64,000 nucleotides of DNA from Heterodontus francisci. Taxonomy: Eukaryota. The notes beneath the pieces were generated by a model. The model worked only from the letters and a program-made list of their open reading frames with translations. It was not told the DNA's origin and made no database searches. This document shows, one piece after another, positions 24,505 to 38,238 of the stretch. Each line of letters starts with the position of its first letter. Positions within the stretch are counted from its first letter, which is position 1. Position numbers and translations under genes: made by a program. The stretch spans positions 28,828,034-28,892,033 of the forward strand of contig NC_090397.1 of assembly GCF_036365525.1 (NCBI RefSeq), in the 5' to 3' direction.

Positions 24505-27500
24505 GTAAGAAAAGCTGCTAAGTTTCTCTAGTTGGGATGATAGGTGTATAAACTTGTTCATGGCCATCCACTAGTGTTGTACTTCAGGAGGTATAGGATG
24601 GAGATTAATTATCTTTAATGTTTGATCTGCCACCCTTGCCAATATTGATGCGACTGATCTTTGAGTGTCAAGCACAGCTCACAATGTTTTAGTGGATATG
24701 CCACCAATTCATTTGCACTCATTTCAGTTTCAACAAAGAAAATCAGATTCTGTTTTAGATTTTTTTTTAAAAATCTGATATAAATATGCTATCAAACTTC
24801 AGTGGACTGTTTCTAATTTTGTTCACTAAAATGTCAAGAAGTTACAAATGGGGGGTAAAACAAGACCAGTGAATTTTTCATTTAACCTAAGACTAATTTA
24901 AGATGGAGATGCATTTCTATTAAGGGGAGAAGAAAGGTATTTATGGTGCTGTATCTGCTTTATAATTTGATATGTGATCTCTGACAAATCATTTAAATGA
25001 TGAAGCATTGGCCTCCCAGTGAAAAAGGCCAGATTCACATTTCAGCTTTGAAGGTTAATGTTACTTCACGGAGGAGGAAAGCATAAATAATTTAAATGTG
25101 AAATACATCCATCCCTCAAGAATATATTATTCCAAAATCTTCTAACAGTGAGGTAATATTTTCGGTCCAGAAATGAATTGGCAGAGATGATTGGTGTCTC
25201 AGAAAGGGTGATAGTTTGGAAATTGTCTGAAGAAAGTTAGTGCAGCCCATTTCCACAAGTGTGGATCTCAGACTGCCAACTCCAAGCATGGTGTGAAATT
25301 CTGCGACATGATAAGACTGGAGGTTTTAGGACCCACTAAAAATGGATCTGCCTGGCAACCAAATTTAGGGCATCATGTCAGTTTTGGAATTCAGCTTGCA
25401 ACTGACTGAACAAGATCTGTGTTTCCAGGTGGCACTACTGTGTGTCTTATGCAATGTAAAATTATCGAGCAGAATTTCTTCTTTTTAAAAAAAAAGTCAG
25501 CCAGCTTTTAAAAAGCGAGTTACTTGGTAATCTATTTGAATGGTAAATATTTTGATTTTAAGTGCTGCTCTCCTGCTTTAATCCTGATGCAGCCTATTTC
25601 ATTTTGTTACCTTTATTTTTTAAGACAGTTGAGTAGGAGCCTTTCAACCTAACAGCATGAATGACAGTGTCAGTTTGGCTTTGGTTTATATTTCTCTATG
25701 ATGCAATTCAGCTGGTCTAAAACTAAACTTGAATATGTAATTTGGGTTCTTTATCTCTCTTTGAAAATAAAATTCAGATTAGCAAAATCTCAAAATAGTG
25801 CCCATGTTGAGATTTGATCTAAATGCCTGTTTTGAGTTTAAAATTCTCTTTTTTATCTCCGTAACTTGAGGCAGTCCAATTCAGACCATCCATATCAACA
25901 ATGTGGCTACAAGAGCTTTGTAGAGGGTGGGTATTCCGATGAGTGGCTCACCTGCTGACTTCCCAAAGCCTCTTCAAGTACAAGGTGCAAGCCAGGAGTG
26001 TGATGGAATGCTTGTCACTCGCCGAGATGGGCGAGGCCAGAACAACACTCGTAGCTCGACACAATCCAGGACAAAGCAGCCTCTGTCACTGGACCCAATA
26101 TCCACCTTTCACCGCCAGCACACTGATCAAGTGTGGGCCATCTACAGGATGTAATGCAGCAACGCAATAGGATTACTTTGACGACACATCTCAGCCCCAC
26201 AGTTTCAAACACAGGGTGACAATATCAACAACATCTGGGAACACTAGCCCCTGCAAGTTCACTTGCTTCCTTCAGTGCTTCCTCGAAGTGATATTGAACA
26301 TAGGAGTATGGATTCACCATATGGAGTAGAGGGTTAGTGGTGGTATAGGTTATAGGTGCTAATCAGCATGAGGTTTCCTTGGCTGCCTTTTATTTGAAGC
26401 CATGAGATGTCATAGGGTCCTGAATATATGTTGAGGGCTCCTACCAATGTGTATAACACTGCCCTCACCTTGATGAGTCCATCCTGCCAATGGAGAAGTA
26501 CGTCTCCAGGACTCTGACATTGACTGATGGGTGTTTGTTTAAGACTCCGTCAGGCTGTTTGACTAGTCTGAGACAGTTCTCCAAACTTGCACACCAGTTC
26601 TCGGGTGTTAGTGAGCAGGTCTTTGCAGAGTTGTGTCCTGATGGGTACTGATAAGAACCATCCAATATTTCTCTTTGATTGTGTTCTGTAGCAATTGTTT
26701 TACAACTGAGTGACATCGATTACACATTGTGGGACTGGATGCATGTGTAGACCAGACCATGTTCCCTTCCCTGAAAATCTGGCTGCTTTCATTGTGGCTT
26801 TTACTGGTGCTATATTTATTACCAGATGTATTGCATTTACAACTTGCCACGGTGGAGTTTGAAGCTGTGATCTCTAGGTTGCTAGTCCAGTACCAAAGCC
26901 ATTACAATACTCAACTATGTGTTCCTACAGGAATTGGTTGAGAACATTATGAGCAGGATTTAGTATGTTAGAGTTCAATGTTTCTATAGTGTCATTCCTT
27001 TTTATAGAAGCTTACAGAAGTAATCATTCCTTGGTTCTAAGCCAGCAGACACCAAGGATTATATGTCTCCTCTTTCTGATGACCTTTCTGGGCTTAACCA
27101 ATAGTTAAACATAGTTCATCCTCTAACATTCATGAGATACATGGCAGGGTGCCTGTAAGACCACAATCAGCAGAATTAAATGATAACTAGGACTTTCCTC
27201 CCTGCTGTGAATTATGATTGGTGACATTTTTCCACTAGCGTCATTTTCTTTTTTTGTTTATATGCCACTGATGAAATTGTTAGGAATGCTGCCAAGATTA
27301 TTGGGCCCAATCACAAGAGTGGGTTGAAATAATTATACCATTGGTGTTGAATAATCCATAGACTTGCACATCTTTAATTGTACTTCCTCTGCATCTCCTG
27401 CAATGGCTTCTCTTTGTGCCCCTACAGTGTCATTTCCTAGGGTGTCCCAAGATTATAAAAGTATATCATTAATAATATACTATTATATGGCCCAGTAATT

Positions 27501-27633
27501 TATATATGGAAATTCACTTTGTTCTCATTTTACGTGGACTGTGTCACAGGAGATGCACTCATTACTATAATCTACCAATCTTAAAGCCATTCCAATAAAT
27601 ACTAGGCCTGACCAGCTTCTCATAAATCTATAA

Positions 27634-27856
27634 AAAGAAAAATACTGCAGATGTTGAAAATCTGAAATAAAAAGAGAAAATGCTGGAAACACTTAGCACG
27701 TCAGGCAGCAACCCTGGAGAGAGGAAGGTAGAGTTAACATTTCAAATCAATGACTTTAGGTTTAAATGGAAGGTCATTAACCTGAACTGTTAACCTTACC
27801 TTCCTCCCTCTACAGATGGTGCCTACAAGCTTACTGTTTCAAGCATTTCTGTTTTT
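27634..27856. mobile_element. Foldback pair of Penelope-like terminal repeats
   Basis: Left arm is the minus-strand and right arm the plus-strand version of the 10680-10810 repeat; arms meet at the hammerhead region with almost no spacer. Confidence 0.7.
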
Positions 27857-28735
27857 AGAAATACAATTGGCTTTGAATTGCATTTATTTCTGGTAAAATT
27901 GCTTGCATTTCTTCCTTATAAAACCTGTTTTCAGTTCTTACTTTATAATCATGACATTTTAATAGGTCTATTATAGGCAGGATGAAGCCTCTGAGTCTAA
28001 AATTTAACAGTTGCAATTTAAAAAAAATAAACTTCAACTCTAATTTCCATATGTGTTTTTAGTTGCATTCTATTTTTGATGGCTGTCTTTAGTATTCAGT
28101 ACCTCATTTTTGATGGCTGTTTTCTATTGTGCATATGACGGTCAAATCTTATACTTAGAAAGTATGAATCTATTAATACTCTCCAGCTAATTACCTACGC
28201 TTAAATAAAGTCACACAGGAAACATTTAGCCCATTGCTTGAATTTGGTTTGGGAAGGGGTCTTAAAACCACTTTTTATTTTTCTCCAATATTCTCCCAAT
28301 CTCTCCTGGAGGTACAGCTTATGTTAGGATGTTTGTTTGTTCTCATGTACCTTTCTCAAATGGCCATTATCTACTGGTTGCCTTGATCTTGAGTATCAAC
28401 AGATAACTCAACAGTGGGAATGGCAGAAATCAAATGAGTGCCCAATTCTGTCCTCACTTGATACTCATGTGCAACTCCAGCATAAGTCACTGGATGATGA
28501 TAGGAATAGGAGCCCTGGCCCCGATTCATGGATGCTGTGGCCAAATGTGGTATTCACATTGCCACTTTAGCTAAGATCAACTAGTTCAGTATGGATCAGG
28601 GATTGAACCCTTCAAATTCTGTAGTAGTTGATTACAGATGACTAATGCGCAGGGGAGACTTGGTAGAAGAGAACTGCCCATGAGTCTCATGGCTGAATTT
28701 GGCTGACAATGAAATGAAGCTGCATTGGTCTAGTG

Positions 28736-29666
28736 CAGGGGTCGGCAAACTGCTGCTCTTTAACATCTCATTTGTGGCTCCCAACCTTTTCCAGTTGGCC
28801 TAAAAAAGCCTAAAAAAATGACAAAGAACTCGATGGTAACACAATTTTCCTTATTGAATTATTCATTTGCTTAGTCAAAAATTTTGTTTCTTCGCTGTCG
28901 AGCTTCAAAATAGTATTTTCTGGTGATTGTTTTGGAAAGTATATGGTAATTGTGATCGTAAAAAGGTAAATTAAAAGTTCAAACTGCCCTTAACTGTGTC
29001 GTCTTCTAGTTGACAGTTTATCTCATGATTCGATTCATAGAGGTTAAAGAATTTAGCATTCACAATGATTTAATGCTAGAATTTACTAAGTTATATAAAT
29101 GATATTTGGAGAAATATCACATGCAGGGATTTGTCTCACTTGCTGAGAAGACTAGATTTTGTATTGTTATCACGCCAAACAGGACTCGTGTATCTCTGAT
29201 ATGGGAGGAAATGGTTCATGTTAACAAAAAATCAAATTCTGTCTGGCAATTGTTAGCAAAGTTCAAATCCTTTGCCGAAAAATATCCACCGTTATGATTC
29301 TCCAGGAAAAAGTTGATAAAGCCGAAGGCAAACTTAAGATTTGGATAACATCAAGATTCAATATTGAAAACAAAAAATAATGGTTTTTACCTATTCTTGG
29401 GATGCAGAAACCAGACTTTTGCCCGATCTATATACAAGATTGAAATTACATGAAATTCAGTAATAACTGCGGTCATTCTTATAAGCGTCAGAGAAGTCAA
29501 AGCAAGTGACTTTTTGCAGCATCAAATAAGTGCATAATGTTTCCTAGCATTTTGATAAACAACTTTTTCTTAAGGTATGCTTATGCGTTTACTCCATTCT
29601 TTAATTTTTTTTTGTCTTGAGGCTCCCAATAATTTTTATTTTAAGGAGAAAGGTTGCCGACCCCTG
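28736..29666 (+). mobile_element. Non-autonomous hAT (Charlie-like) DNA transposon, 931 bp
   Basis: TIR CAGGGGTCGGCAA at both ends; perfect 8-bp TSD GTCTAGTG (28728-28735, 29667-29674); internal VSLIWEEMVHVNKKSN...SFAEKYP resembles a decayed hAT BED-finger region. Confidence 0.92.
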
Positions 29667-30141
29667 GTCTAGTGTTTGTTGAAGTTAATGGATGCCATTT
29701 AAGTAGTGTTTTCTAAAAATTGGATATAAGCGCCTGTGGAGTTGAAATGGTTGGTAATAATATCAGTACTTTGTTAGTTACTTTAGTTACTTTCTCCTTT
29801 TAATGGCTATTGTGCCAGGTTTCTTTGGAGTTGACAAAATGGTAATTTTTTTTATTCGTCTCTGTAATGTTAGCAGGCTTGGGTTGATAGGCTTGTTGTG
29901 TCACACTCTGAAAACTTGATGACTGTATGCCTGAATGTTATGTAGAAAATACATGCAGTACTGAACGCTTTTTAAAATCTAGTTATCATTACCATTTCTT
30001 CCGAACTTTATTTTGCAATCTTTCATTGACCGGCTGCAGTTTTCTGCTTTCTTGAATGTTTTTTCTTCTCTCAAGGGGGAGGGTGAGATTTTGGCCTAAA
30101 ATTTAGATCTCACCTGAATCGAAATGCAGGACACATTGCAC

Positions 30142-30385
30142 ACACCAAGTGAGGCTGGCAGCAGAACCACAGCAAATATGTTCATTACTGGTGAGCTCTG
30201 AATGGAAGTTGTGACCCTGTAGACATCTTGCTGGTTGTGGGGGTGGGCGGGGGGGGGTGGTGGAAGGGGAGGGATGGGCACTTCCCCACTTCCTGTTTCC
30301 AGTTGCATTAACTAGGGAAGCACTGGAGAGTGATTAGGTGCTAAATCAAATTTGCTGTGGTGCTGCTGCCAGCCTCATTTGGTGT
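30142..30385. repeat. Inverted repeat with 36-bp arms (probable MITE)
   Basis: 30142-30177 versus the reverse complement of 30350-30385 match at 34 of 36 positions. Confidence 0.85.
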
Positions 30386-30547
30386 ATATATATATATATA
30401 TGTGTATGTAATTTCTGGAGTACTGCAGCTTCCCAACATTCTTCTACTATAGCCCTCAAAGCGTTTAAAGTGTAATACTTAATAATTGAAGTGTAAAATA
30501 AGTGTTAACTAATCCACCTGAGACCACTGCATTTATTTAATATACAG

Positions 30548-30668
30548 TTTACAGAGGAGAGTGAAAGAAATAGTTCACAAAGCATTCTGGGACTGCCTGG
30601 AGGCTCAGTTGAACAAGGATCCTCCTGAATATCATCACGCCCTCTTGCTTTTGGGAGAAATTAAAGAG
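30548..30668 (+). CDS. TCP11L2: TCP11L2 coding exon 3
   Basis: TACAG acceptor; [40 protein letters not shown] (TCP11 family AFWD motif); GAG|GTAAAG donor. Confidence 0.95.
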
Positions 30669-31664
30669 GTAAAGGATTGAATGTTTTAATTTCTCTTGTT
30701 GTTTTGAAGACCCATCACATCGGATTTAGTCTCCCCTCCCCTCCAAATCTTTGATCTGGGATATTGTCTGATAAAGGTGAAGAAAATATCAAAGAAGGGT
30801 GATGTATATAAGTATTTCCTTTGTCATTAGTTATTTTTCATATCAACACTAATTCACACATGTATCAGTAAAATCTGTGATATGCTTGCATGTTCTCTTT
30901 CCTCCTCCTTTTCTAATTCCACCAGACTGAAATGCGAATGTGGGGTGTTTATACATTAGTAGACAAGTTTGTTTTTTAAATTTCAGGTATAATCAGTTCG
31001 GTCACCATTTAGGGAGCAAGTACCCTACCTAACCTGATTTATTTTTTTTGCCGTGTAGACCAATTTGACAAGATAGCTAATATGGTGGCAATTTTAATGA
31101 TCTAGTACAACCAGTTTCATACAGTAACAAGGCAATGAGTCCTAAAGATGGATAGTACTCCAATCTTTCCGAAGCCATGGACAAGATTTGGACTTATTCA
31201 AAATCCACCCATTTGTACAAAGTTAAAATCAGCCCCATGTGTTGAAGCTGTCTGGTTCTTTGCTCCTGTTTGCACTTTCTCCTTAAGGCAGTTCTTTTAT
31301 ATAGCCCTAACTCCATGTGATATCCCTAAGAACATTGCATCTTTCACCAGCAATAATCATTAAAACGTAGCCCATTTTACCCATATACGGACATGCTCCC
31401 ACTCCCCGATCCTCTTTCAGCAGTTTTCCATCAGATACAACTTGAAACAAACTACAACAATACAGTTTAGTATTGCAACTGCACCCAATTATAGCACCAA
31501 ATCTCAGTTTATGCGATGAATAAGTGCTGAAAACGCCATTATAAAATGAACCTAATAAGTGGAGTCTCTTACTACAAATGTAACACCAGTGAATCTAATG
31601 TTGTAGATGCCCAGATACGAGATGAAAGCTTCTTAATTTATGTAACTTTTTAAAATCATTTTAG

Positions 31665-31885
31665 ATACTGCTCTCATTTCTGATACCTGGCCAGAACAGA
31701 CTTCGGAACCAGATCTCGGAGGTCCTGGATTTAGATCTAATCCAACAGCAGGCCGAGCACAATGCTATTGACATTCATAAACTGGCTGTTTATATAATTA
31801 CATTAATGGGAAAGTTCTGTGCCCCAGTCCGGGATGATGATGTGAAAAAATTAAAATTGGTTACTGGAATAGTGCCACTGTTCAG
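31665..31885 (+). CDS. TCP11L2: TCP11L2 coding exon 4
   Basis: TTTTAG acceptor; [32 protein letters not shown]...[13 protein letters not shown]; AG|GTAAAT donor. Confidence 0.95.
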
Positions 31886-32133
31886 GTAAATAAGTTTTCT
31901 ACATGGCTAGGGGAGGAGTGGGGCGTGGGTGGTGAAATAGGAGGTAGATTTACAAGCTCCTACTTTTGAAGTTTTTAAGTTTATTTAAGAAATTGAAAAC
32001 CTTCCTCTTTCCGATTACTGGTGTTGATTTTTGAAAAGGGGACCAGCCCTTTGTACATTTGTGACCAGAATGTTGCTTTTTCTGACATACTTCTGTCATA
32101 AAACTTTGTGTGAGCTTTGTATTTCTTCATTAG

Positions 32134-32270
32134 AGAGATATTTCATGTCCTTGATTTGATGACTATGGATATGGTCAACTTCACCATTCAAAATATCCGA
32201 CCACACATCCAACAGTGTTCTGTAGACTATGAACGAAGCAAGTTCCAGGATTTTCTCAACAAACAGCCCA
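32134..32270 (+). CDS. TCP11L2: TCP11L2 coding exon 5
   Basis: CATTAG acceptor; [38 protein letters not shown]; A|GTAAGT donor. Confidence 0.95.
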
Positions 32271-33016
32271 GTAAGTTTGGTAGATTTGATGTTAACTAAA
32301 CAAGTAAACATACAATATTTCATCAACAGTTTTTTCTCTCTGGTCCTTACTAATACCGTGCAGAATTAATTTTTGATTGTCTGGGAGATCGAGCAGACAT
32401 ATATTTGAATAAAATTGGGTGTGGCCAGATTCATCCCAGGAGCAAGGCATTTGACATCTTCCAGCTATGGAATGGCAGCTGACCTTTTAACATAAATTAA
32501 GGTACAACAGAATGAAATCAAAAGCATCTGGGGCATTAATTGGTAAAGGTCTAAAGGGAAGATATCCCAATGAATGCAATAGTTTTTTTGCCACTAGAAG
32601 GAGGTATTGCCAGTAAAGAATGGGAGATCAGATTTGAATAATGCAGATACAGGATGCATGAATATTCAGGATATTTATTTGAGGACTAGGAAGTATTTAT
32701 CCAGAACTTTCCCTTGAGATTAAATGGGATGGGAGTGTATGATGCGGTAGATTCTAAACATTCTGCAATAGGAGTAAATTTTAGTTGAATGGCTTTTCCA
32801 CATTCTGTTTTTTGTTTATCCATGGAGAAATTGGCAGTGACCCAGTTGGCTTATTCACCCATTTGAATTGAAATGGCACTCCTGTCTGCGAAGCTGAAGT
32901 ACTCTTTTACTTTTTAAAAATAGTTTTAATTCTGCAGGATATTAACATTTCTGATGACTAGCCCTACTTGAGGAATACTTTAATTTTTATAAAAACATGA
33001 ATATTTCTATTTATAG

Positions 33017-33207
33017 ATGCTCTTGATTACACAACTCAGTGGCTAAAGGAGTCTACTGCTGAAGTTTCAGCCTCAGTGCCCTCCTCAGACACATCACCCT
33101 CTGATGCTGGCGGGAGTTCCTGTCTTTCCTTAAGCCCATCTTCTGTGCTAAACAATGGTTATTTGAAATTCTTGCAGTGGGACTACGACAATAAGCCAGT
33201 ACCTGAG
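33017..33207 (+). CDS. TCP11L2: TCP11L2 coding exon 6
   Basis: TTATAG acceptor; ALDYTTQWLKES...LSPSSVLNNGYLKFLQWDYDNKPVPE; GAG|GTAAAT donor. Confidence 0.95.
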
Positions 33208-33962
33208 GTAAATGCTAGATTTTTGTAGAAGGGATCCTGAAATTCCTGTAAATTTGGAGATCTTTTTCCAAGTTGCAGCAAATAGTAAAGTTGGAGGAAC
33301 CGACATGGAACTCTAGAGCTCTCTAGGATCTTTCTGGCTGAGATGACTCTTTAGGGTCTAATGATTTGGTGTGCGGTGGAGAGGAGGATGAGAATACATT
33401 TATTCCAAGAACTTGTAACTGCATCTTCTGGGAAGATCTTTTAATGAGTATAATGCCCAAATAGTTTTGGGAAGAAAAAAAACTGAGCTGCTGTTGGATG
33501 TATCCTGCAGACAGTCAAAGAGACTGTCTCCCCTTCTGTTGGCAGCAGAGGTGCAAATGACATTTTAAATGAGATGGAATCTAAGAGTTGTCCATTAAAT
33601 GTATTGTTTTCAATCCAAGAATAATGTACGGGGCATTGGCTGCTGTTATATGTGGTGTTACTGAAACTGGACTTTCTTTTTGAGTTTTCCGTTATTTGTA
33701 TCTGTCTTTATCTTAGCACAACTTCTCCTATTGTCATCTCCCATTAGAATATGGGGATGAAGTTGTTAATTCTTAACTGCATGGAATGCATCCTAAACAG
33801 AAACAATTTGCTGATTCCCTCTGCCTGATAAACACTCTCCAGAGAGGAATATTTCACCCCAGACTGGTCTGGAAAGTTTGGACCCTCAGCCAGTTAATTC
33901 ATCTGCACAACATGTTGAGAAGTAGAACAGAATTATTTCCCCTCCATTGCAGATAACATTAT

Positions 33963-34133
33963 GGACTAAAACTTTGTCTCTGCCGGTGGCCTAAGATGGG
34001 ACATATCAGATTGAATAGCGCCTGCTATTCAGTTCCATTGCAGCCAATGAATTAAATATCAGACGCTGCGTATAACGGGCAGCTGATCGATACGTCCTGT
34101 TTTGCGTCACCGCCTGAGACAAATTTCTAGCCC
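33963..34133. mobile_element. Small foldback MITE (GGGCT...AGCCC type)
   Basis: About 45-bp imperfect inverted arms (GGACTAAAACTTTGTCTC.../...GAGACAAATTTCTAGCCC); flanks TAT / TGT. Confidence 0.6.
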
Positions 34134-35537
34134 TGTAAGTCTGCTGAATATTCTTTATATTTCTAAAGAAGGGAATAGATATTTAGCAATTCTATTTGTG
34201 CCTGAAGTGATGTTGATTTCACTTACAAAGGTGTTGACTCTTGATCTGCTAGAGGCAGATAGATGTCTTTTGACTTCAGATGTCTTTCCAAATAAAAGTC
34301 TATTAATTGAAGGTGGTTTGTCTTTAATGTGGAGTCTATCAAAGATCAGGCCTCCTGTTTGACACTTCATTGGAGGAGGCAGTGTAGGGTGGAATCTTTG
34401 CTCTTCACAACCTGTGTGTGTTCCTATTGAGTCTGTCATTTTGTGATATTCTTGTGTTTACAATGACACCTACCCATGGCTGTCAGCCTGAAGCATTCAG
34501 ATTTGATATCATTGAAGATCCACCAAGCTTATCTGGTATTTAGTTTGGTGGTGGAGGTGGTTATTAGGCGTCAATCAAAACTCCTTTCCCTCATCACCAC
34601 CTCACCACCACCGCCCACCCCATATTCCAATCTTTCTATTGTAATACAACCAAGTTCCTGGAGTCCTCCATTCATATAACAAACAAGTCAAATTTTGTGG
34701 CACATCTTCCCACTTGCTGTAGAAAAGTTTTAGTTGTAGTTGCATATTTGTCTTAAGCAAAGTGTAGCAGTGGCAATTTTAAAAGAAAGAGATGCTTCAA
34801 TTAGAAACTTGGGAGCGCTTTGATGAAAAGAGGGGACCAGGACATTGAAGCAGCAGAGCTGAAAGTCACAGTAGGCAGCAGCACAATGGAAAAGGGTGAC
34901 CTGGAGGAGCCAGCCATCTGCCCACTGAATGGAGCCCCGTATTAGGGTTCCCCAGGGGTTGAGAGCAGGATTGTGGAATAATGGACTTGACATATGTGGA
35001 GTGGATGCCGAAGAATTCCATGCAAACCAAGGGCTCGCTCAGTGCAATTTCTTTTATTTTGGTTTAATTTCCTGAGGCTTTTTACTATTTTCAAAGAATC
35101 AAAGAGAGTAAATTGATGTTGCATGGTGTTTGTGTCTGTGTACAACACATGATATTTTTAAAAAATCCTCCTTTTTTCCTTCTTGTGGGAAAAGAATGAA
35201 TTTTGGGCTTGTTGCCTTTTCCACTCCATTTTAATATGTAATTTATTACTTGTCATTCCTAATGAAGATCAGGTGAACTGCTTCCAGGTCCCTGACAATA
35301 GTACCCTGTAGCCGTTTGGAAATGCAAAGAAGTATCCAAAATTACATTTTTTTAAATACTCCTGCATCACAGTGCATTAGAATGTCACCCATTTCCTGCA
35401 GGATTCACTTTGTTGGAAGTCAATAGCCATCTCGCCAAATGCTTCTTCTGAAAGCACAGAAGATGTGATATGATAATTACTTGGACATAGGCACACCATG
35501 TTAATGCAGCTTAGACACAATGCAACAGGGCTGATTA

Positions 35538-35905
35538 CCTTGGAGCAGAGAAGGCTGAGGGGGGACCTGATGTAAACAAAATTATGAGGGGCATAGATAG
35601 GAAGAAACCTTTTCCCTTAGCGGAGGTCTCAATAACCAGGGGGCATAGATTTAAGGTGAGGGGCTTTGAGGAAAAGCTTTTTCACCCAGGGGTGGTTGGA
35701 ATCTGGAACACTCTGCCTGAAGGGGTGGTAGAGGCAGGAACCCTCACAACATTCAAGAAGTATTTAGATGAGCACTTGAAATGCCATAGCATACAAGGAT
35801 ACGGGCCAAGTGTTGGAAAATGGGATTAGAATATATTGGCTTGATGGCCAGCACGGACACGGTGGACCGAAGGGCCTGTTTCTGTGTTGTGTTACTCTAT
35901 GACTA
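35538..35905 (+). mobile_element. CR1 LINE 3' end
   Basis: RGHRFKVRG...GIWNTLPEGVVEAGTLTTFKKYLDEHL; tail TACTCTATGACT. Confidence 0.88.
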
Positions 35906-36366
35906 TACACCTGAATGCACAGTAAGTTCTGGTATTGGCTATGTGGGAGTTGTGGGCATTGACCTACATCCTGACTGAATGGTATGATGTGTTAGACCAC
36001 AAATTTGCCATTCATTACCAACTTTCTTTTGTCAAATTACAATGCAGTGTATACTGAAGGAAGGGAATGTCGGAAGCTTGTTATCTCCATGTGGCTGGTT
36101 TAAGCAGCAGTGGTAGAGGTTTAGGAGCTAGTCCTTTCGCCACAGTTCGTGAACGGCCTGCTAAGACCAGGGAAATGCGAAGGAGAACTAAGTTTGCATT
36201 TTGACCCCCATGAAAAGTATTCAGAGTTGTGCTGAAGTGCAGTTCCTCGATACACAAAATTACTGTAGTGGGAGAGCATCTTTTGTAGGATCATAAAACC
36301 ACAGAAACTAATTGCAACAAAACATTTAAGCTCATGGCATTCAAACTATAGTTTATTCTCTTTTAG

Positions 36367-36548
36367 ACTCTGATGACTGATCGATCACGTCTGCAAGAAC
36401 TGCAGCAAAGACTCAACCTGCAAAGGCTTGTGGCCTATATAATGCTGATCATTTACAACATGGTGGGGGCAACCATTTCGGGCCTACCTGAGTTTGCAGA
36501 CAAATTAAAGCGAGTTATTGTTGTCTTACTTGAGGGCATGCACGACAA
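36367..36548 (+). CDS. TCP11L2: TCP11L2 coding exon 7
   Basis: TTTTAG acceptor; TLMTDRSRLQELQQRLN...GLPEFADKLKRVIVVLLEGMHD; AA|GTGAGT donor. Confidence 0.95.
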
Positions 36549-38238
36549 GTGAGTTTGATTTTCCTTTCTTCGTCCTAATGTTATAATTGATTTTGAATTC
36601 AATGAGCCACTATAATAAGCCTGTGTGCCATGATCAGTGGTATTGTCTGGTGTCAGGTTAAAACCAAGGATGAGAACCTGCTTATGCAGTATTGAGATGG
36701 GTACCGACAGTATTCAGATTTTCAGTTTCCTGATTTTTTTTTAAAATCCCGGATGTAAGAAATCTGGGCTGGGGTGAGGCAGTTTAGTATAAAATCACAT
36801 CACTGCCTATGAGGAAAACACGATTCATGTGCAGGATCTGAATAAGCTGAATATGTTATGAAACTGGACTATCCCTTTACTAAATATTGTATTCCACAGG
36901 CTGATGGTACGTTTTCAATTTCATCGAATCATACAGCACAGAAACATGCCATTCAACTCATCATACTCTTTGAAAAAGTTATCTATTTAGTCCCATTCCC
37001 CTTCTCTTTTCCCATCGCTGTGTAAATTTCTCCTTTTCAAGTATTTTTCTAATTCCATTTTAAATGTTACCATTGAACCTGTTTCCACTGCTTCTTCAGG
37101 TAATGCATCTTGGATCATAACAATTAACAATTTTCTGTTTTTATATATTCTAATTTCCCCCTAGATTTTTTTTTTTGCCAGTTATCCAATTTATGTCCTT
37201 TGGTTACCAACCCACCTGTCAGTGGACAGTTTCCCCTTATCTATTCTATCAAAATCCCTCAATTTCTAATGTTTCTTTTAAATCTCTTAATATTCTCTCC
37301 TCCAAGGAGAACAGTTTCTCCAGTCTCTCCACATAACTGAAGTCCCTCATCCCTGGTACCATTCTGGTAAATCTCCTCTGCAGCCGCTCCAAGGCCACGA
37401 CATCCTTCCTAAAGGATGCGGTGGCCAGAATTGGACACAATACGCTACTTCAGGCCTAGCCTTTGATTTATAAAGGTTTATCATAACTTCCATACTTTTA
37501 AAATTAAACCTCAGAAAAAATGGCAATGCAGTGTATCATGGCGCATTTGCTTATAAATGGTTTCTCAAATAAAGCATTGTTCTAAATTTATGTATCTTTT
37601 GGATATATTAAAATACATCTTATAACAATCATTCACAAGTGTTTCAGTGGCTCAGTAGGTTCAATGCATCATATGATTATTGAGCCACAGAGAACCGAAT
37701 GGTCCCAGGTACAATCTCTAGTCTGTTTAAATTAGTTAATCTCAGCTAAGGTTGCATTGAAAGCATGATAATCGACTTCTATGTCCCATGTTTGTGGGGC
37801 TAATAATTTGGGATTCCAGCTTCCACTGGCCTGCTGAAATTGCATGTCTCTGGTTATCTGTAGTACATTGAGCTTGCCTGATGGTCCCTAAGGTGATATA
37901 TCATTGTAGGCTCTCAGATGAAAAGATACCAAAGGATTGAAAGCAATGAATTTTTTTTGAAAGCTGAGAGGAGCAACTGCACTTGCAATTGTGAGCAACC
38001 TGTTAGGTCACTGAAATTCCATGATCACAATGTGTGTTCAAATAATGCTATTCAGGTCAAGTAAGTAGCCCTGTGCTTTAAACAAAAGTAATCCAGTTTA
38101 GCCATCTTTAGAGTGCTGAAAACTCTGTTAAATTCTTCAAGCTTTTCTGATGCAGTTTTTTTTATTTGTGTGTAATTTGTGTCTCTGTATAATTTTTAAT
38201 AACTTCAAAGGAATCGCTGACCATGGACATGAAGAATG

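Noticed and set aside
24995-25060. ATGATGA plus small hairpin as a C/D snoRNA
   Set aside because: No properly spaced CTGA D box or terminal stem.
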